57,802 nt of DNA from Minisyncoccia bacterium. GTDB taxonomy: Bacteria; Patescibacteriota; Minisyncoccia; Phycocordibacterales; UBA1006. The translations under genes and the position numbers were made by a program. Below, piece by piece: positions 29,106-39,526 of this stretch (within the stretch, counting starts at the first letter, position 1; every line of letters starts with the position of its first letter). The DNA is taken from assembly GCA_044229075.1 (NCBI GenBank), contig JBGATS010000009.1, positions 1-57,802 on the forward strand, read 5' to 3'. Under the pieces are notes generated by a model. That model saw only the letters and a list, made by a program, of their open reading frames with translations. It made no database searches and was not told where the DNA came from.

Positions 29106-29354
29106 TTATGCAATCACTCCAGAATCTTTCAAAGCTTTCAGGATGCCTTTCTTTGCGATTGTTCGCATACCTTTTGTAGATACAGTTAATTTGATTTTTT
29201 GATTGTCGAGTTCTGGGATTGTATAGGTTTTTGTCTGGAGATTTGCATAACGACGACGTGTTCCAGTAGGGTTAAATTTTGTAGCACGAACACGGTCAGA
29301 GTATCCACCTCCTACTAATGAACTTTTTCCTGTAATTGCGCAAGTACGAGCCAT
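29106..29354 (-). CDS. rpmB: 50S ribosomal protein L28
   Basis: MARTCAITGK...RRRYANLQ...VSTKGMRTI. Confidence 0.93.
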   Translation of the reverse strand: MARTCAITGKSSLVGGGYSDRVRATKFNPTGTRRRYANLQTKTYTIPELDNQKIKLTVSTKGMRTIAKKGILKALKDSGVIA

Positions 29355-29419
29355 AAAATATAATGTAAACTAACTGATAATTGATTTATGATAGCATACT
29401 ACCAAAAAAAATGCAAGAA

Positions 29420-30334
29420 TCATCGTTCCCCTTCACAAAGAACCTCTTTACCGTCAGAAATACACGTAATAGTCCCCATGGTCATCGTTTCCATAATATG
29501 GGCAGAAGTTTCCCCAACACGTTCAACAACCTCTGGACTTGGGTGGCCGTATTTATTCCCAAGCCCAGCAGATACAATCGCAATCTCTGGTTGTACGGCT
29601 TGTAAGAAATTATCTCCTGATGAGGTTTTTGATCCGTGGTGACCCAATTTCAGAACATTTGATCGTAATTGATCTCCGTAAATAGCTACCAAATGATCCT
29701 CTACTTCTGTTGGTGCGTCACCTGTCAGGAGGAACGAGGTTGTTCCGTAGGAAACCTTTGCAACAATTGATGCCTCGTTCGTTTCCCAACCTTTTGGATT
29801 TTGGTCGGGAAAAAGAATATCAACAACGATTCCTCGTTTATCATCGAGAATAATGCGTTCTCCTGCCCTGGCTAATAATCGATCAGATTGTTCTGTAGTA
29901 ACCCGTTGCCCAAAAGCTCGATCAACAACCGTTGGAGACGCAATCTCTGACTCAATCAGAAGAGGTATCTGGTACCGATCAAAAAGATACGGAAATCCAC
30001 CAATATGATCAGCGTCGGAATGTGTTGCCAGTACAATATCAATCGTCCGATCAAAAAAAGAAAGCTGTTCCCCTACTTTTGAGGTAACTGTTTGGTCAGG
30101 ACCCGCATCGATAAGTATTGTTCGTCCGTTCGGTGCCGTAATCAGTATTGCGTCACCTTGACCAATATCAAGAAAAGAGACGCGGAGCGTCTTTTCTTGT
30201 AATAATGGATACACCCAAATTCCAACAATAATAACCCCTGTACCAAAAAGAGCTGCGAGAATTATTACATGTTTTTTCATTATTTCTGTTATTTTTTCAC
30301 CTATCTTGGTAAAAAAAGATACTACGTGTTTCAT
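29420..30334 (-). CDS. ComEC-type MBL-fold hydrolase (stand-alone)
   Basis: N-terminal TM, FLDIGQGDA, THSDADHIGG, LLTGD, LKLGHHGSKTS, NKYGHP. Confidence 0.92.
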   Translation of the reverse strand: MKHVVSFFTKIGEKITEIMKKHVIILAALFGTGVIIVGIWVYPLLQEKTLRVSFLDIGQGDAILITAPNGRTILIDAGPDQTVTSKVGEQLSFFDRTIDIVLATHSDADHIGGFPYLFDRYQIPLLIESEIASPTVVDRAFGQRVTTEQSDRLLARAGERIILDDKRGIVVDILFPDQNPKGWETNEASIVAKVSYGTTSFLLTGDAPTEVEDHLVAIYGDQLRSNVLKLGHHGSKTSSGDNFLQAVQPEIAIVSAGLGNKYGHPSPEVVERVGETSAHIMETMTMGTITCISDGKEVLCEGER

Positions 30335-30376
30335 AACATATAAACCTACAAACTAATAACATGTACCAATAGTTGT

Positions 30377-31372
30377 TTACACTTGTTCACCTAATAATTC
30401 TGTGATGAGTATTGCACATGGAATCGATAGTAAAATTCCCAATATTCCTGCAAGTGTTCCCCAAGCGACAACACTGATAATCATAATAACAATAGGTATT
30501 CCAACGGTTTTTCGTATGATCAACGGCTGAATTAAATAGACTTCTATATAATGAATAATCATATAGAGGATAATAATCCAAAAACCCATACTGAATCCCC
30601 CAACTGCAAATCCAATCAGTGCAGCAGGAACAGCTCCTAAAATAGTACCAAAAGGAAGTAGGTCAAATACAGCAGCGGTAATTGCAAGAATTAATGCGTA
30701 CGGAATCTGAAACAAAAGTAGTCCACCGTAGGTAATTACTCCAACAATAATAGCAGCTATCACCTGTCCTCCAAACCAGTCACCGATCTTTTTCTCGGTA
30801 CGTTGCCACAATATTAATACACGGTTTTCATATTCTCTTGGAGTTACTGCTCGTAAAAAATGATCAACTCCTTTTTCTTGAATTGCAAGATAAAACGTAA
30901 GTACTGCAAGAATTCCGATATCAAATAGTCCTCGCGCAATATTGCCGAGTCCAGAACTCGTGATCATTTCCCAAATATTCGATAATGCTGTAAATATATT
31001 CGACGATCCGCCAAAACGCTGTAATGTAGCCTCTGAAAAACCTTCCTGGGAGAAGGTACTGATCCCCTTTGCCAGCGGTGACCCCTTTGGAAGTAGTGAT
31101 ACCAAATCACTCATTTCCTTGGTAAATACTGGAATGAGCAGTGCAATCGTACCAATAATTACACCAATTCCCACAAGAAATAAAAACGGTACTGATACAT
31201 AGCGAGGAATTTTTATCTTTTTTAGTTGTAATACTGCAGGCTCCATAAACGACGCCAACACAACAGCTGTTAAAATAATCAAGATGAAGTGTAAAAGTTT
31301 CCACGCAAGAACAACTAGTATTCCAATACCAAAAAAAGTAACTATATTTCTTATACTAATCTTGTAATTCAT
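30377..31372 (-). CDS. AI-2E family transporter
   Basis: Multi-TM profile, WFGGQ, LIQPLI, GILGILLSIP. Confidence 0.88.
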   Translation of the reverse strand: MNYKISIRNIVTFFGIGILVVLAWKLLHFILIILTAVVLASFMEPAVLQLKKIKIPRYVSVPFLFLVGIGVIIGTIALLIPVFTKEMSDLVSLLPKGSPLAKGISTFSQEGFSEATLQRFGGSSNIFTALSNIWEMITSSGLGNIARGLFDIGILAVLTFYLAIQEKGVDHFLRAVTPREYENRVLILWQRTEKKIGDWFGGQVIAAIIVGVITYGGLLLFQIPYALILAITAAVFDLLPFGTILGAVPAALIGFAVGGFSMGFWIIILYMIIHYIEVYLIQPLIIRKTVGIPIVIMIISVVAWGTLAGILGILLSIPCAILITELLGEQV

Positions 31373-31478
31373 TACCTACTATATTACTACATAAAAACTA
31401 ATAATAAAAGTGTTTATCTTGTATGTGTATATAAAAAGTGAGGGTATTTACACCATCACTTTTTATCTCTATATTTTA

Positions 31479-31796
31479 TTAAAGATCCGTTTTTAAATCT
31501 TCAAGAGCGGCATCCATTTCAGGAAAAGATATGTTTGTAGGTCGCCCATTCATTGGCTCATTAATTTTCATATTCACTCGAGCATTGTGTTTCATGCCCG
31601 CAACACGCAATAATGTACGAATTGATTTTGCAGTAGCTCCTTTTTTTCCAATAATTTGACCCATATCCTTTGGATTAACATCTAAAGTCATTAACACACC
31701 CATTTCATCAACAGTTTTAACAACCTTTACATCATTAGGATAATCAACTAAACCTTTCACAATATTTTCCAAGTAAGTAATCACAAGATCATTCAT
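31479..31796 (-). CDS. khpA: KH-domain RNA-binding protein (KhpA/YlqC)
   Basis: DMGQIIGKKGATAKSIRTLL. Start placed at 31796. Confidence 0.88.
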   Translation of the reverse strand: MNDLVITYLENIVKGLVDYPNDVKVVKTVDEMGVLMTLDVNPKDMGQIIGKKGATAKSIRTLLRVAGMKHNARVNMKINEPMNGRPTNISFPEMDAALEDLKTDL

Positions 31797-32053
31797 AGTA
31801 TAACACAACTGATTATCTGATAATATCAAAAATTCTTTTGATTACAAAAAAATAACATAGATAGCAAAGAAAAACAATCATGACATATCCATATACTGGT
31901 GGTAAAATATAAGAATCTTTTGCACCTTGACATACTTTTAAAAATGGGTAGGATATCTCTTGAATTAAAAAAAACCAAGAATATTCCAATACAAGAATGA
32001 ATCTTACATAAAGAATATTTCTTTATACATGAAAAGCCTGTTGTGAAACAGGC

Positions 32054-32908
32054 TTATTTTTTTAACACAACAGTTCCTTTTTGGAGATGGATAAAATTTT
32101 CTTTTTGTAATTGATCAAGAATATTTTGAATTCTCTTTGTATCATCGGAAAATTCACTCAACTGTGCAAAGAGTTTTTTATCGGTAATTCGAGATCCTGT
32201 AGAAAGCAAGAGTTCCAAAATTTTGCCACGAATTTGTCGGTCACTTCCCTGAAATTTTGATTGCTTCGTATAATGTTTACTCTGCACGTTTGGATTATAT
32301 TTTTTACCTTTGATGTTCAATGTCCTACCCAAGAACGATCCATAATCCATTAGTGCCCAATACCACTGCCGAGGATTTTTTATATCAAGGGTTTGCTTAA
32401 CGAGTTTTAAAATATCTTCATCGTGTATATCATTTGCATCTGCAAAAAAATGATGGATGAATACACGTCTGATATTTGTCTCAATAATCACCACCGGTTG
32501 ATTGTTGGCGAATGCGGAAATTGCACCTGCGGTGTACGGGCCAATTCCTGGTAATTTCTGAAGTTCGTTATAATCAGTTGGAAACTTTCCTTTATATTTT
32601 CCCATAATTACTTGTGCTGCCTTCTTTATTCGTAATGCACGAGAATTATAACCAAGTCCTTTCCATAATCGAAGTAAATCCACTTGTGATGCGTTTGCAA
32701 GTGTTGCAACTCTCGGAAATTGTTTCATCCATGCCTGAAAAAAAGGAACTACTCGATCTACCTGCGTCTGCTGCAACATTACCTCGGAAACCCAAATTCG
32801 ATAGGAATTAATTTTCTCTCGCCACGGCAAATTATTCCGCCCTGATTTTGTGTAATAACCCCAAACTATTTTTTGAAAATTTTTTATCTTCTGTTCAGAA
32901 AGTTTCAT
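32054..32908 (-). CDS. mutY: A/G-specific adenine glycosylase, short form
   Basis: LPWR, VSEVMLQQTQV, WKGLGYNSRA, LPGIGPYTA; no 4Fe-4S cysteine motif. Confidence 0.9.
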   Translation of the reverse strand: MKLSEQKIKNFQKIVWGYYTKSGRNNLPWREKINSYRIWVSEVMLQQTQVDRVVPFFQAWMKQFPRVATLANASQVDLLRLWKGLGYNSRALRIKKAAQVIMGKYKGKFPTDYNELQKLPGIGPYTAGAISAFANNQPVVIIETNIRRVFIHHFFADANDIHDEDILKLVKQTLDIKNPRQWYWALMDYGSFLGRTLNIKGKKYNPNVQSKHYTKQSKFQGSDRQIRGKILELLLSTGSRITDKKLFAQLSEFSDDTKRIQNILDQLQKENFIHLQKGTVVLKK

Positions 32909-32993
32909 ATAACCACTTTACCAAATTCAGAAAAAGTGTATAGTACTACTGTTTATTACAAGTAATCTCCTAATTATTAGGAAATCAATTATT

Positions 32994-33326
32994 ATGGAAC
33001 ATATTTCAAAAGTTTCTGGTGGAACTTCAAGTTTCATCGAAGAATTCAAAGCATTTGCACTCAAGGGAAATGTCTTGGATCTTGCAATCGGTGTGGTGAT
33101 CGGTGCTGCGTTTAATAAAATTGTTGACTCATTGGTAGCTGATATCATCATGCCTATCATTGCTATGATTTTTGGAGCACCAGATTTCAATTCAATCGTA
33201 CTGGGAAGTGTTAAAATCGGAAGTTTCATCACATCAATTGTGAACTTCTTGATCATTGCTCTTTCTGTATTCGTAGCATTGAAATTCATCATGCGATGGA
33301 TGCCAAAGGCAGAAGAAGTTGTATAA
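32994..33326 (+). CDS. mscL: Large-conductance mechanosensitive channel
   Basis: [33 protein letters not shown]. Confidence 0.96.
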   Translation: MEHISKVSGGTSSFIEEFKAFALKGNVLDLAIGVVIGAAFNKIVDSLVADIIMPIIAMIFGAPDFNSIVLGSVKIGSFITSIVNFLIIALSVFVALKFIMRWMPKAEEVV

Positions 33327-33333
33327 TAATAAA

Positions 33334-33363
33334 AAAAACCATGTCGTAAACGACATGGTTTTT
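33334..33363. terminator. Bidirectional terminator between mscL and the SPFH gene
   Basis: AAAAACCATGTCG-TAAA-CGACATGGTTTTT. Confidence 0.8.
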
Positions 33364-33380
33364 GATATTAATCAATTCTT

Positions 33381-34178
33381 TTATTTTATTGGAATATTCA
33401 TTACTGTACTAGCATTTCCTGCTAATGTACTCGGTAATTTCCCATCCCATTTTTGAATTGCTTGTTCTTGCAAGATTTGAGGAGTAATACCCTTACTTTT
33501 TATAATATTCTCCTGGGCCTGTAATTCTGCAAGTTCATTTCTCTTCTTTTGTTCAGCAATCTGTTGATCCAGAACAGAAATGTTAGTATTTACCTCATTT
33601 CTGGTGTCAATTTTTGCTTTTACCTTATCAGAAAAATCAAGCTGACAGGAGAAAGTAATCAGTTCAAAACCTTTTTTTGCAAATTCAATTTTAACAAGGT
33701 CTTGTACATGCTCTTCAAACTTAAGCGATCCACCATTTGCCATAAGTGTATCGGTTGGATACGACCTGCTGGCCTCCTTCATGAGATCATAAATTTTTGG
33801 CTCAAGAATGTTATCTTCTAAGGCTTTTAAGAAATCTTCTTCATGATTAAGGTTTGAGTTTTCAAACACTACATCAACAGCTTTTCCTGGTATCACTTTT
33901 ATTGAATAAACCGGTTTTGCTGAAAATTCCGTATTATCTGCCGATTTTAAATGGAGTACCCTATCTTCAAAATCTGCTCTTTGCTCCCACATAGGAACCT
34001 GAAATAGTTCTGTTCCTGGAGCCATGGTCCAAACACGACCTTTTACTTCTGAATAATCTGACTTACCAGCTTTACCAAAGTTTTCCATTAGGACACCTTG
34101 GTAATTCGGCGCTACACGACTACATGAAGCAAAAAATACTGTAATGATGGTGATTGCTAAAATTTTAATTGTTCTCAT
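33381..34178 (-). CDS. SPFH/band-7 domain protein with lipobox-like signal
   Basis: FASC lipobox-like motif, C-terminal coiled coil and ITPQIL...IQKWDGKLP tail. Confidence 0.85.
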   Translation of the reverse strand: MRTIKILAITIITVFFASCSRVAPNYQGVLMENFGKAGKSDYSEVKGRVWTMAPGTELFQVPMWEQRADFEDRVLHLKSADNTEFSAKPVYSIKVIPGKAVDVVFENSNLNHEEDFLKALEDNILEPKIYDLMKEASRSYPTDTLMANGGSLKFEEHVQDLVKIEFAKKGFELITFSCQLDFSDKVKAKIDTRNEVNTNISVLDQQIAEQKKRNELAELQAQENIIKSKGITPQILQEQAIQKWDGKLPSTLAGNASTVMNIPIK

Positions 34179-34341
34179 TTTCTTTCTTTTTTGTTTTTTG
34201 TTTTGAAAAATAGTTTAATATCGCAAAAATAAGGACTGCGAAAGCTCCTATGCCGAACCATGGATTTACATGGTTGAAAAGTTGTATACAGCCATATATT
34301 ATAGCTATACCAATAAGACCAAGTATTATTTTCTTGTTCAT
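34165..34341 (-). CDS. Small two-TM protein (58 aa, absent from the ORF track)
   Basis: MNKKIILGLIGIAIIYGCIQLFNHVNPWFGIGAFAVLIFAILNYFSKQKTKKKENENN; its stop overlaps the SPFH start by 14 nt. Confidence 0.7.
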   Translation of the reverse strand: MNKKIILGLIGIAIIYGCIQLFNHVNPWFGIGAFAVLIFAILNYFSKQKTKKKENENN

Positions 34342-34582
34342 TTTCTTTTTTTAAATTTAAAAAATCTTATATTTTTGCAAGTTTATTATTCTTGATCTAT
34401 CTGAGTATCAGACTCTTTCTAAAAAAGATGATAGATGTGTCTGTCCGTACTAAAACCATATATTATATTGATTTTTTCGAGAAGTATTTTAAAGAACCAT
34501 TCTGGAAGAGATGATAGCACAAGAAGAAGAAGAAGAAGTCAAGTCCCTGTTTTGTTTTTTCCGTGGTAGTATCACGATATCT

Positions 34583-36343
34583 ATGGAACACAACGAACAC
34601 CTCGCGCCCATGCGCCACACCCTTGCCCACCTGCTCGCCCAGGCAGTTTTGGAATATTATCCAAATGCTCAGTTAACGCTCGGTCCTGCGGTTGATAACG
34701 GATTTTATTATGATGTTGATTTTGGAACTGATAAAGTTACCGATGAAGATTTGAAAAAATTCCAAACATCCATGCGCAAGAATTTAAAGAACTGGACAGA
34801 ATTCACCCACGAGGAAGTTTCTGTAGATCGTGCAAAGGAAATTTTCAAGGGAAATATTTACAAACATGAATTGATTGATGAAATTGTTGCGCGCGGTGAA
34901 ACAATCACCCTCTACACCTGTGGTGGATTTACTGATCTGTGTCGCGGTGGACATGTTCATAATCCTGCAGCGGAAATTGATGCAGATGCATTCAAACTCG
35001 ACCGCATTGCCGGTGCCTACTGGCGTGGTGACGAAAAAAATAAAATGCTCACCCGAATTTATGGACTTGCATTTGCGACACGTGAAGACCTTGAAAAAGA
35101 AATCTGGCGACAGGAGGAAGCCATAAAACGTGATCACCGAAAACTTGGGAAAGAATTAAAACTCTACACACTTTCTGATCTTGTTGGCTCAGGACTACCC
35201 TTGTTCCAACCAAAAGGGGTTATCCTACGCCAAGAAATCACCAACTATTTATGGGATCTCCACAAGGCACATGGATATCAATGGGTATGGACACCACATC
35301 TCGCAAAAGAATCACTGTATGAAATCAGTGGTCATGCAGGGCACTATCTGGATGACATGTTCAAAGTCCACGGTGGAACCAGTAAAGAGGATTTTTATTT
35401 AAAACCAATGAACTGTCCACATCACTACCAATTGTTTGCAGATAATCAGTTCAGTTATCGTGATATGCCCGTCCGCTATTTCGAACCTGCAACCATCTAT
35501 CGTGACGAGAAAACCGGACAACTGGCAGGACTTGCTCGAGTTCGTTCAATCACTCAGGATGATGGGCATCTCTTTGTTCGTCCAAATCAAATTCATGAGG
35601 AGTGTATAAAAATTGTAAATATTATCAAGGATTTTTACACAACTATGGGAATGATGGATGGATATTGGGTACGACTTTCTCTGCGTGGTGAAGATAAAGA
35701 AAACTATCTGGGAAGCGATGAGGTCTGGGAAACTGCAGAAAACGCACTTACCAAAGTTTGCCAGGATCTCGACTTGAATTATAAACCAGGTCCAGGTGAA
35801 GCTGCATTTTACGGACCAAAACTTGATTTCATGTTCCAGGATGCAATTGGCCGACAGTGGCAATTAGCAACCGTACAATGTGATTTTAATGCACCAGAAC
35901 GATTTGATATGTCCTATATCAATGAGGAAGGAAAACCAGAACGACCGGTCGTGATTCACCGCGCAATCGCAGGGTCATTGGAACGATTCATGGGTGTTGC
36001 GATCGAACATTTTGCCGGAGCATTTCCCGTATGGATGTCACCAGTTCAGATTGCAGTACTTCCTGTTTCAAGTGAACATCATGGCGAGTATGCAGACATG
36101 ATTTTCAAGAAACTAAAAGATGCAAACATCCGCGCAATCATGCTTGATGATGATTCTCTTGGAAAACGAATTCGTAAGGCAAAAACCGAGAAAATTCCGT
36201 ATCAGATCATTATCGGTGACAAGGAACGCGATTCAAACACTCTGACGATCGAAGGACGTAATGACACAAAGATTGAAAATATTTCTATTGAAGACTTGCT
36301 TTCAAAACTTGAGACTGAAATCAGCAAAAGAATATTGAATTAA
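34583..36343 (+). CDS. thrS: Threonine--tRNA ligase
   Basis: RHTLAH, DLCRGGH, GAYWRGD, RDHRKLG, KPMNCP, AFYGPKLD, HRAI.GS.ERF. Start placed at 34583; no N-terminal TGS domain. Confidence 0.98.
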   Translation: MEHNEHLAPMRHTLAHLLAQAVLEYYPNAQLTLGPAVDNGFYYDVDFGTDKVTDEDLKKFQTSMRKNLKNWTEFTHEEVSVDRAKEIFKGNIYKHELIDEIVARGETITLYTCGGFTDLCRGGHVHNPAAEIDADAFKLDRIAGAYWRGDEKNKMLTRIYGLAFATREDLEKEIWRQEEAIKRDHRKLGKELKLYTLSDLVGSGLPLFQPKGVILRQEITNYLWDLHKAHGYQWVWTPHLAKESLYEISGHAGHYLDDMFKVHGGTSKEDFYLKPMNCPHHYQLFADNQFSYRDMPVRYFEPATIYRDEKTGQLAGLARVRSITQDDGHLFVRPNQIHEECIKIVNIIKDFYTTMGMMDGYWVRLSLRGEDKENYLGSDEVWETAENALTKVCQDLDLNYKPGPGEAAFYGPKLDFMFQDAIGRQWQLATVQCDFNAPERFDMSYINEEGKPERPVVIHRAIAGSLERFMGVAIEHFAGAFPVWMSPVQIAVLPVSSEHHGEYADMIFKKLKDANIRAIMLDDDSLGKRIRKAKTEKIPYQIIIGDKERDSNTLTIEGRNDTKIENISIEDLLSKLETEISKRILN

Positions 36344-36392
36344 TGATTTTTATTAAAAAACAGTTCCTTTAGGAACTGTTTTTTAATAAAAA

Positions 36393-36965
36393 TTATAATG
36401 CTGGAGGAACTTTTACTCCCTCTGATCCATCGGCAACAACGAGCCATTCACCAGACGTACATACGTATGCCGCGTCAGCGAGAGTACCTACGTTACCATT
36501 ATCGTCGTGTACTTCCTTGAGAACATCTCCCTCTTTATAAGTTTTACCATTATCGGTACAAGTAGTTTTTTTAATGGTTGTATTTTTCCCACTAAAAACA
36601 TTTTTATCAGCAATATTGATCATTATTTCGTCTCCTTTATTCCAGAGTTCTGTTTTTCCGTCTTGTGAGAGGTATCGTGCACCGCTTGCACTTTCAGCTA
36701 TTTTAAATGTTGCCCCACTAATTCCAAGCACTGGTGCATCGACAATAACATTTTGTCCATCAGGAGAATAGACAACTGTTACTGTTTCAGGTCCTGTACT
36801 AGATTTATAGGTCACAGTATTGTCTAGTGTTTTAACAAAATCTCCGACTGTTTCGGTAGTTACTGGGACTATATTATCAATAAGTTTTTGCTTTTTAGAA
36901 AAAAGAAATCCTCCACCAATAAGTAAGACCATGAGTAATAAAATTAAAATTATTTTTTTATTCAT
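36393..36965 (-). CDS. Membrane-anchored MliC-like lysozyme-inhibitor domain protein
   Basis: N-terminal TM, then SASGARY and ELWNKGDE. Start placed at MNKK. Confidence 0.8.
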   Translation of the reverse strand: MNKKIILILLLMVLLIGGGFLFSKKQKLIDNIVPVTTETVGDFVKTLDNTVTYKSSTGPETVTVVYSPDGQNVIVDAPVLGISGATFKIAESASGARYLSQDGKTELWNKGDEIMINIADKNVFSGKNTTIKKTTCTDNGKTYKEGDVLKEVHDDNGNVGTLADAAYVCTSGEWLVVADGSEGVKVPPAL

Positions 36966-37103
36966 AAAATGTGTTATATGTGTTTTATTATTTAATAACT
37001 CTACCAATATAGCACAAATATTTTCTAATAACAATATTTTGACTTTTAAAATATATCTGTGATATACTATTCATATTAATCAGTAATTTTATTTTTCATT
37101 TAT

Positions 37104-37340
37104 ATGGCACAAAAAACAATTAAAAAATCAGCTAATGCATCGTCTTTACATGATAACAATCTGTATAATTTAATGACCCAATTAGTTCAGGAGCAAAAAT
37201 CGCTCTGGCGGATCAAAGATGAATATATGAAAGACGCAGGGAAAGATAAAGACTTGAAAGCGTTCTGGGCAGAAGTTGCTGCAGAAAAAGAACTCTTGAT
37301 CGAGGACTTGCAGGCAATTATTAAAATGGAATTGCAATAA
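37104..37340 (+). CDS. Small helical hypothetical protein
   Basis: DNNLYNLM.QL..E.KSLWRI...Y..DA; followed by a terminator palindrome. Confidence 0.75.
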   Translation: MAQKTIKKSANASSLHDNNLYNLMTQLVQEQKSLWRIKDEYMKDAGKDKDLKAFWAEVAAEKELLIEDLQAIIKMELQ

Positions 37341-37375
37341 AAAAAACGTTTACCAGCTGGTAAACGTTTTTTTTA

Positions 37376-39448
37376 TTAAATATCCAATTCCACGCTTTTA
37401 GCATTAGTCTGAATAAATGCTTTTCTGGCAGGAACGTCTGTCCCCATTAATATATCAAATGTTTTGTCAGCCTCGATTGCATCATCAATGGTTACCTGTT
37501 TTAATACTCGTCGATCTGGATCCATAGTCGTTTCCCATAATTCGCTGGCGTTCATTTCACCAAGTCCTTTATACCGTTGTGTATCAATCTTTGGTGATTT
37601 TGTTGATTTTGTTTTTACTGATGATTCTTCTGATTCGTCGTCAATAGATTCTTCATCTGATGAGACCAATACTTCTGACAGATTTCCTCCCCACGATTCT
37701 ATAACCTTGTCACGTTCTTGATCAGAAAACGCATAGGCAATCTCTTTTCCTTTTTTAATTTTATACAATGGTGGTTGTGCGATATACATGTACCCTGACT
37801 CGATCACAGGGCGCATGTACCGATAGAATAAGGTCAAGAGTAATGTTCGAATATGTGCACCATCAACATCGGCATCGGTTGCAATTACAATTTTTTGATA
37901 ACGAATTTTTCCGATATCGAATGTTTCCCCAATAGATGTTCCGAGCGCGATGACAAGGTTTTTCACCTCGTTATTCGCAATCAATTTATCGAGTCGCGCA
38001 CGCTCTACGTTCAAAATTTTCCCACGCAATGGCAAAATTGCTTGGGTTTTACGGTCACGACCCTGTTTTGCAGTTCCACCCGCAGAATCTCCCTCTACAA
38101 TGAATATTTCTGCATCTTCTGGCTTAGTACCACTTTGACAATCAGATAACTTTCCAGGAAGCGTAAACCCTTCCAGGGCTCCTTTTCGTAAGATTGAATC
38201 CTTTGCAGCTTTTGCGGCTTTTCGTGCACGCAGGGCAAGTACTGCCTTTTGCAGAATTGCTTTCGCCTCGTCTGGATGTTCCTCGAAAAATGTTCCAATC
38301 GCTTCCCCAAACACGGTTTCTACAGCACCTCTGGCCTCGGGACTTCCCAGTTTTGCCTTGGTCTGACCCTCGAACTGGATTTCTGGCATCTTGATCGAAA
38401 TTACCGCAGTTAATCCCTCCAGTACATCACCACCGTCAAATGTTTCTCCGTCTTTCAGGATTTTCTTTTCCTTGTTATAGGTATTCAAGGTTCTGGTGAG
38501 TGCGGTCTTGAAGCCAGTAACATGCATTCCTCCTTCCATAGTATAAATATGGTTTGCAAAAGGAATAATCTTGTTATCAATATCATCAACATATTGTAAT
38601 GCGATTTCGACATTGATATCGTCAATACTTTTTTCTACATAAAAGAGTGTGTCGTGTACATTCTTTTTCCCAATATTCAAAGCGCGTACCATTGATGGTA
38701 ACCCACTCTCAAAATAAAATGACATTGATGGAGCTTCAATTGCGAGATCTTTCAAAAATACTTTTCCAAGGAGATCAGGAACATTTTTATTTTCACGCGC
38801 ATCAATTGCGGTAATACGTAGTTTTTTCGCCAAGTACGCCTGTTCGCGCAATCGGTTAATAATTTTTGACCAATTGAATTTAATTTCCTTGAAAATTTCG
38901 ATATCAGGTTCAAAGGTGATAATGGTTCCCGTGAATTTTGTTTTACCAATAGCTTTTACTTTTGCTTTTGGTTTTCCAATACTGTATTCCTGCATATGCA
39001 CCTCACCATTTTTGTGAATCTCTGCACGCATATAGACCGACAGTGCGTTTACTACTGATGACCCTACGCCGTGCAACCCTCCTGAAACCTTATACCCAGA
39101 TTCATCACCTCCAAATTTTCCACCCGCATGGAGCACGGTTAAAATAGTTTCCAATGCTGAAACTTTTGTTTTTGGGTGAATATCAACTGGAATACCACGT
39201 CCATTATCCACGACACGCACGCGATTACCAGGAAGGAGTGAAACCTCGATATGGTCCGCATGTCCTGCCATCGCCTCATCACGAGAGTTATCAAAAATTT
39301 CTGTGATCAAGTGATGGAGCCCCTCTGTTCCGGTCGAACCGATGTACATTCCGGGACGTTTACGCACCGGATCAAGTCCCTCGAGGACGGTAATCGATTC
39401 TGCGCCGTAGGATTCTTTTTTAGGTTTTTTTTCTGGGTCTTTTGCCAT
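37376..39448 (-). CDS. gyrB: DNA gyrase subunit B
   Basis: VRKRPGMYIG, LHAGGKF, SGGLHGVG, VEGDSAGG, PLRGKILN, TDADVDG, QRYKGLGEM. Confidence 0.97.
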   Translation of the reverse strand: MAKDPEKKPKKESYGAESITVLEGLDPVRKRPGMYIGSTGTEGLHHLITEIFDNSRDEAMAGHADHIEVSLLPGNRVRVVDNGRGIPVDIHPKTKVSALETILTVLHAGGKFGGDESGYKVSGGLHGVGSSVVNALSVYMRAEIHKNGEVHMQEYSIGKPKAKVKAIGKTKFTGTIITFEPDIEIFKEIKFNWSKIINRLREQAYLAKKLRITAIDARENKNVPDLLGKVFLKDLAIEAPSMSFYFESGLPSMVRALNIGKKNVHDTLFYVEKSIDDINVEIALQYVDDIDNKIIPFANHIYTMEGGMHVTGFKTALTRTLNTYNKEKKILKDGETFDGGDVLEGLTAVISIKMPEIQFEGQTKAKLGSPEARGAVETVFGEAIGTFFEEHPDEAKAILQKAVLALRARKAAKAAKDSILRKGALEGFTLPGKLSDCQSGTKPEDAEIFIVEGDSAGGTAKQGRDRKTQAILPLRGKILNVERARLDKLIANNEVKNLVIALGTSIGETFDIGKIRYQKIVIATDADVDGAHIRTLLLTLFYRYMRPVIESGYMYIAQPPLYKIKKGKEIAYAFSDQERDKVIESWGGNLSEVLVSSDEESIDDESEESSVKTKSTKSPKIDTQRYKGLGEMNASELWETTMDPDRRVLKQVTIDDAIEADKTFDILMGTDVPARKAFIQTNAKSVELDI

Positions 39449-39526
39449 AAATAACGTGGAAATTAATGATAATAATTAAATCGTATACATTCTAGTATAG
39501 CATATTTTTCAAGAAAAATCATAGAA

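Noticed and set aside
34511-34582. Poly-Glu N-terminal extension of ThrS
   Set aside because: It is the AAG repeat of the intergenic promoter region; ThrS homology starts at 34583.
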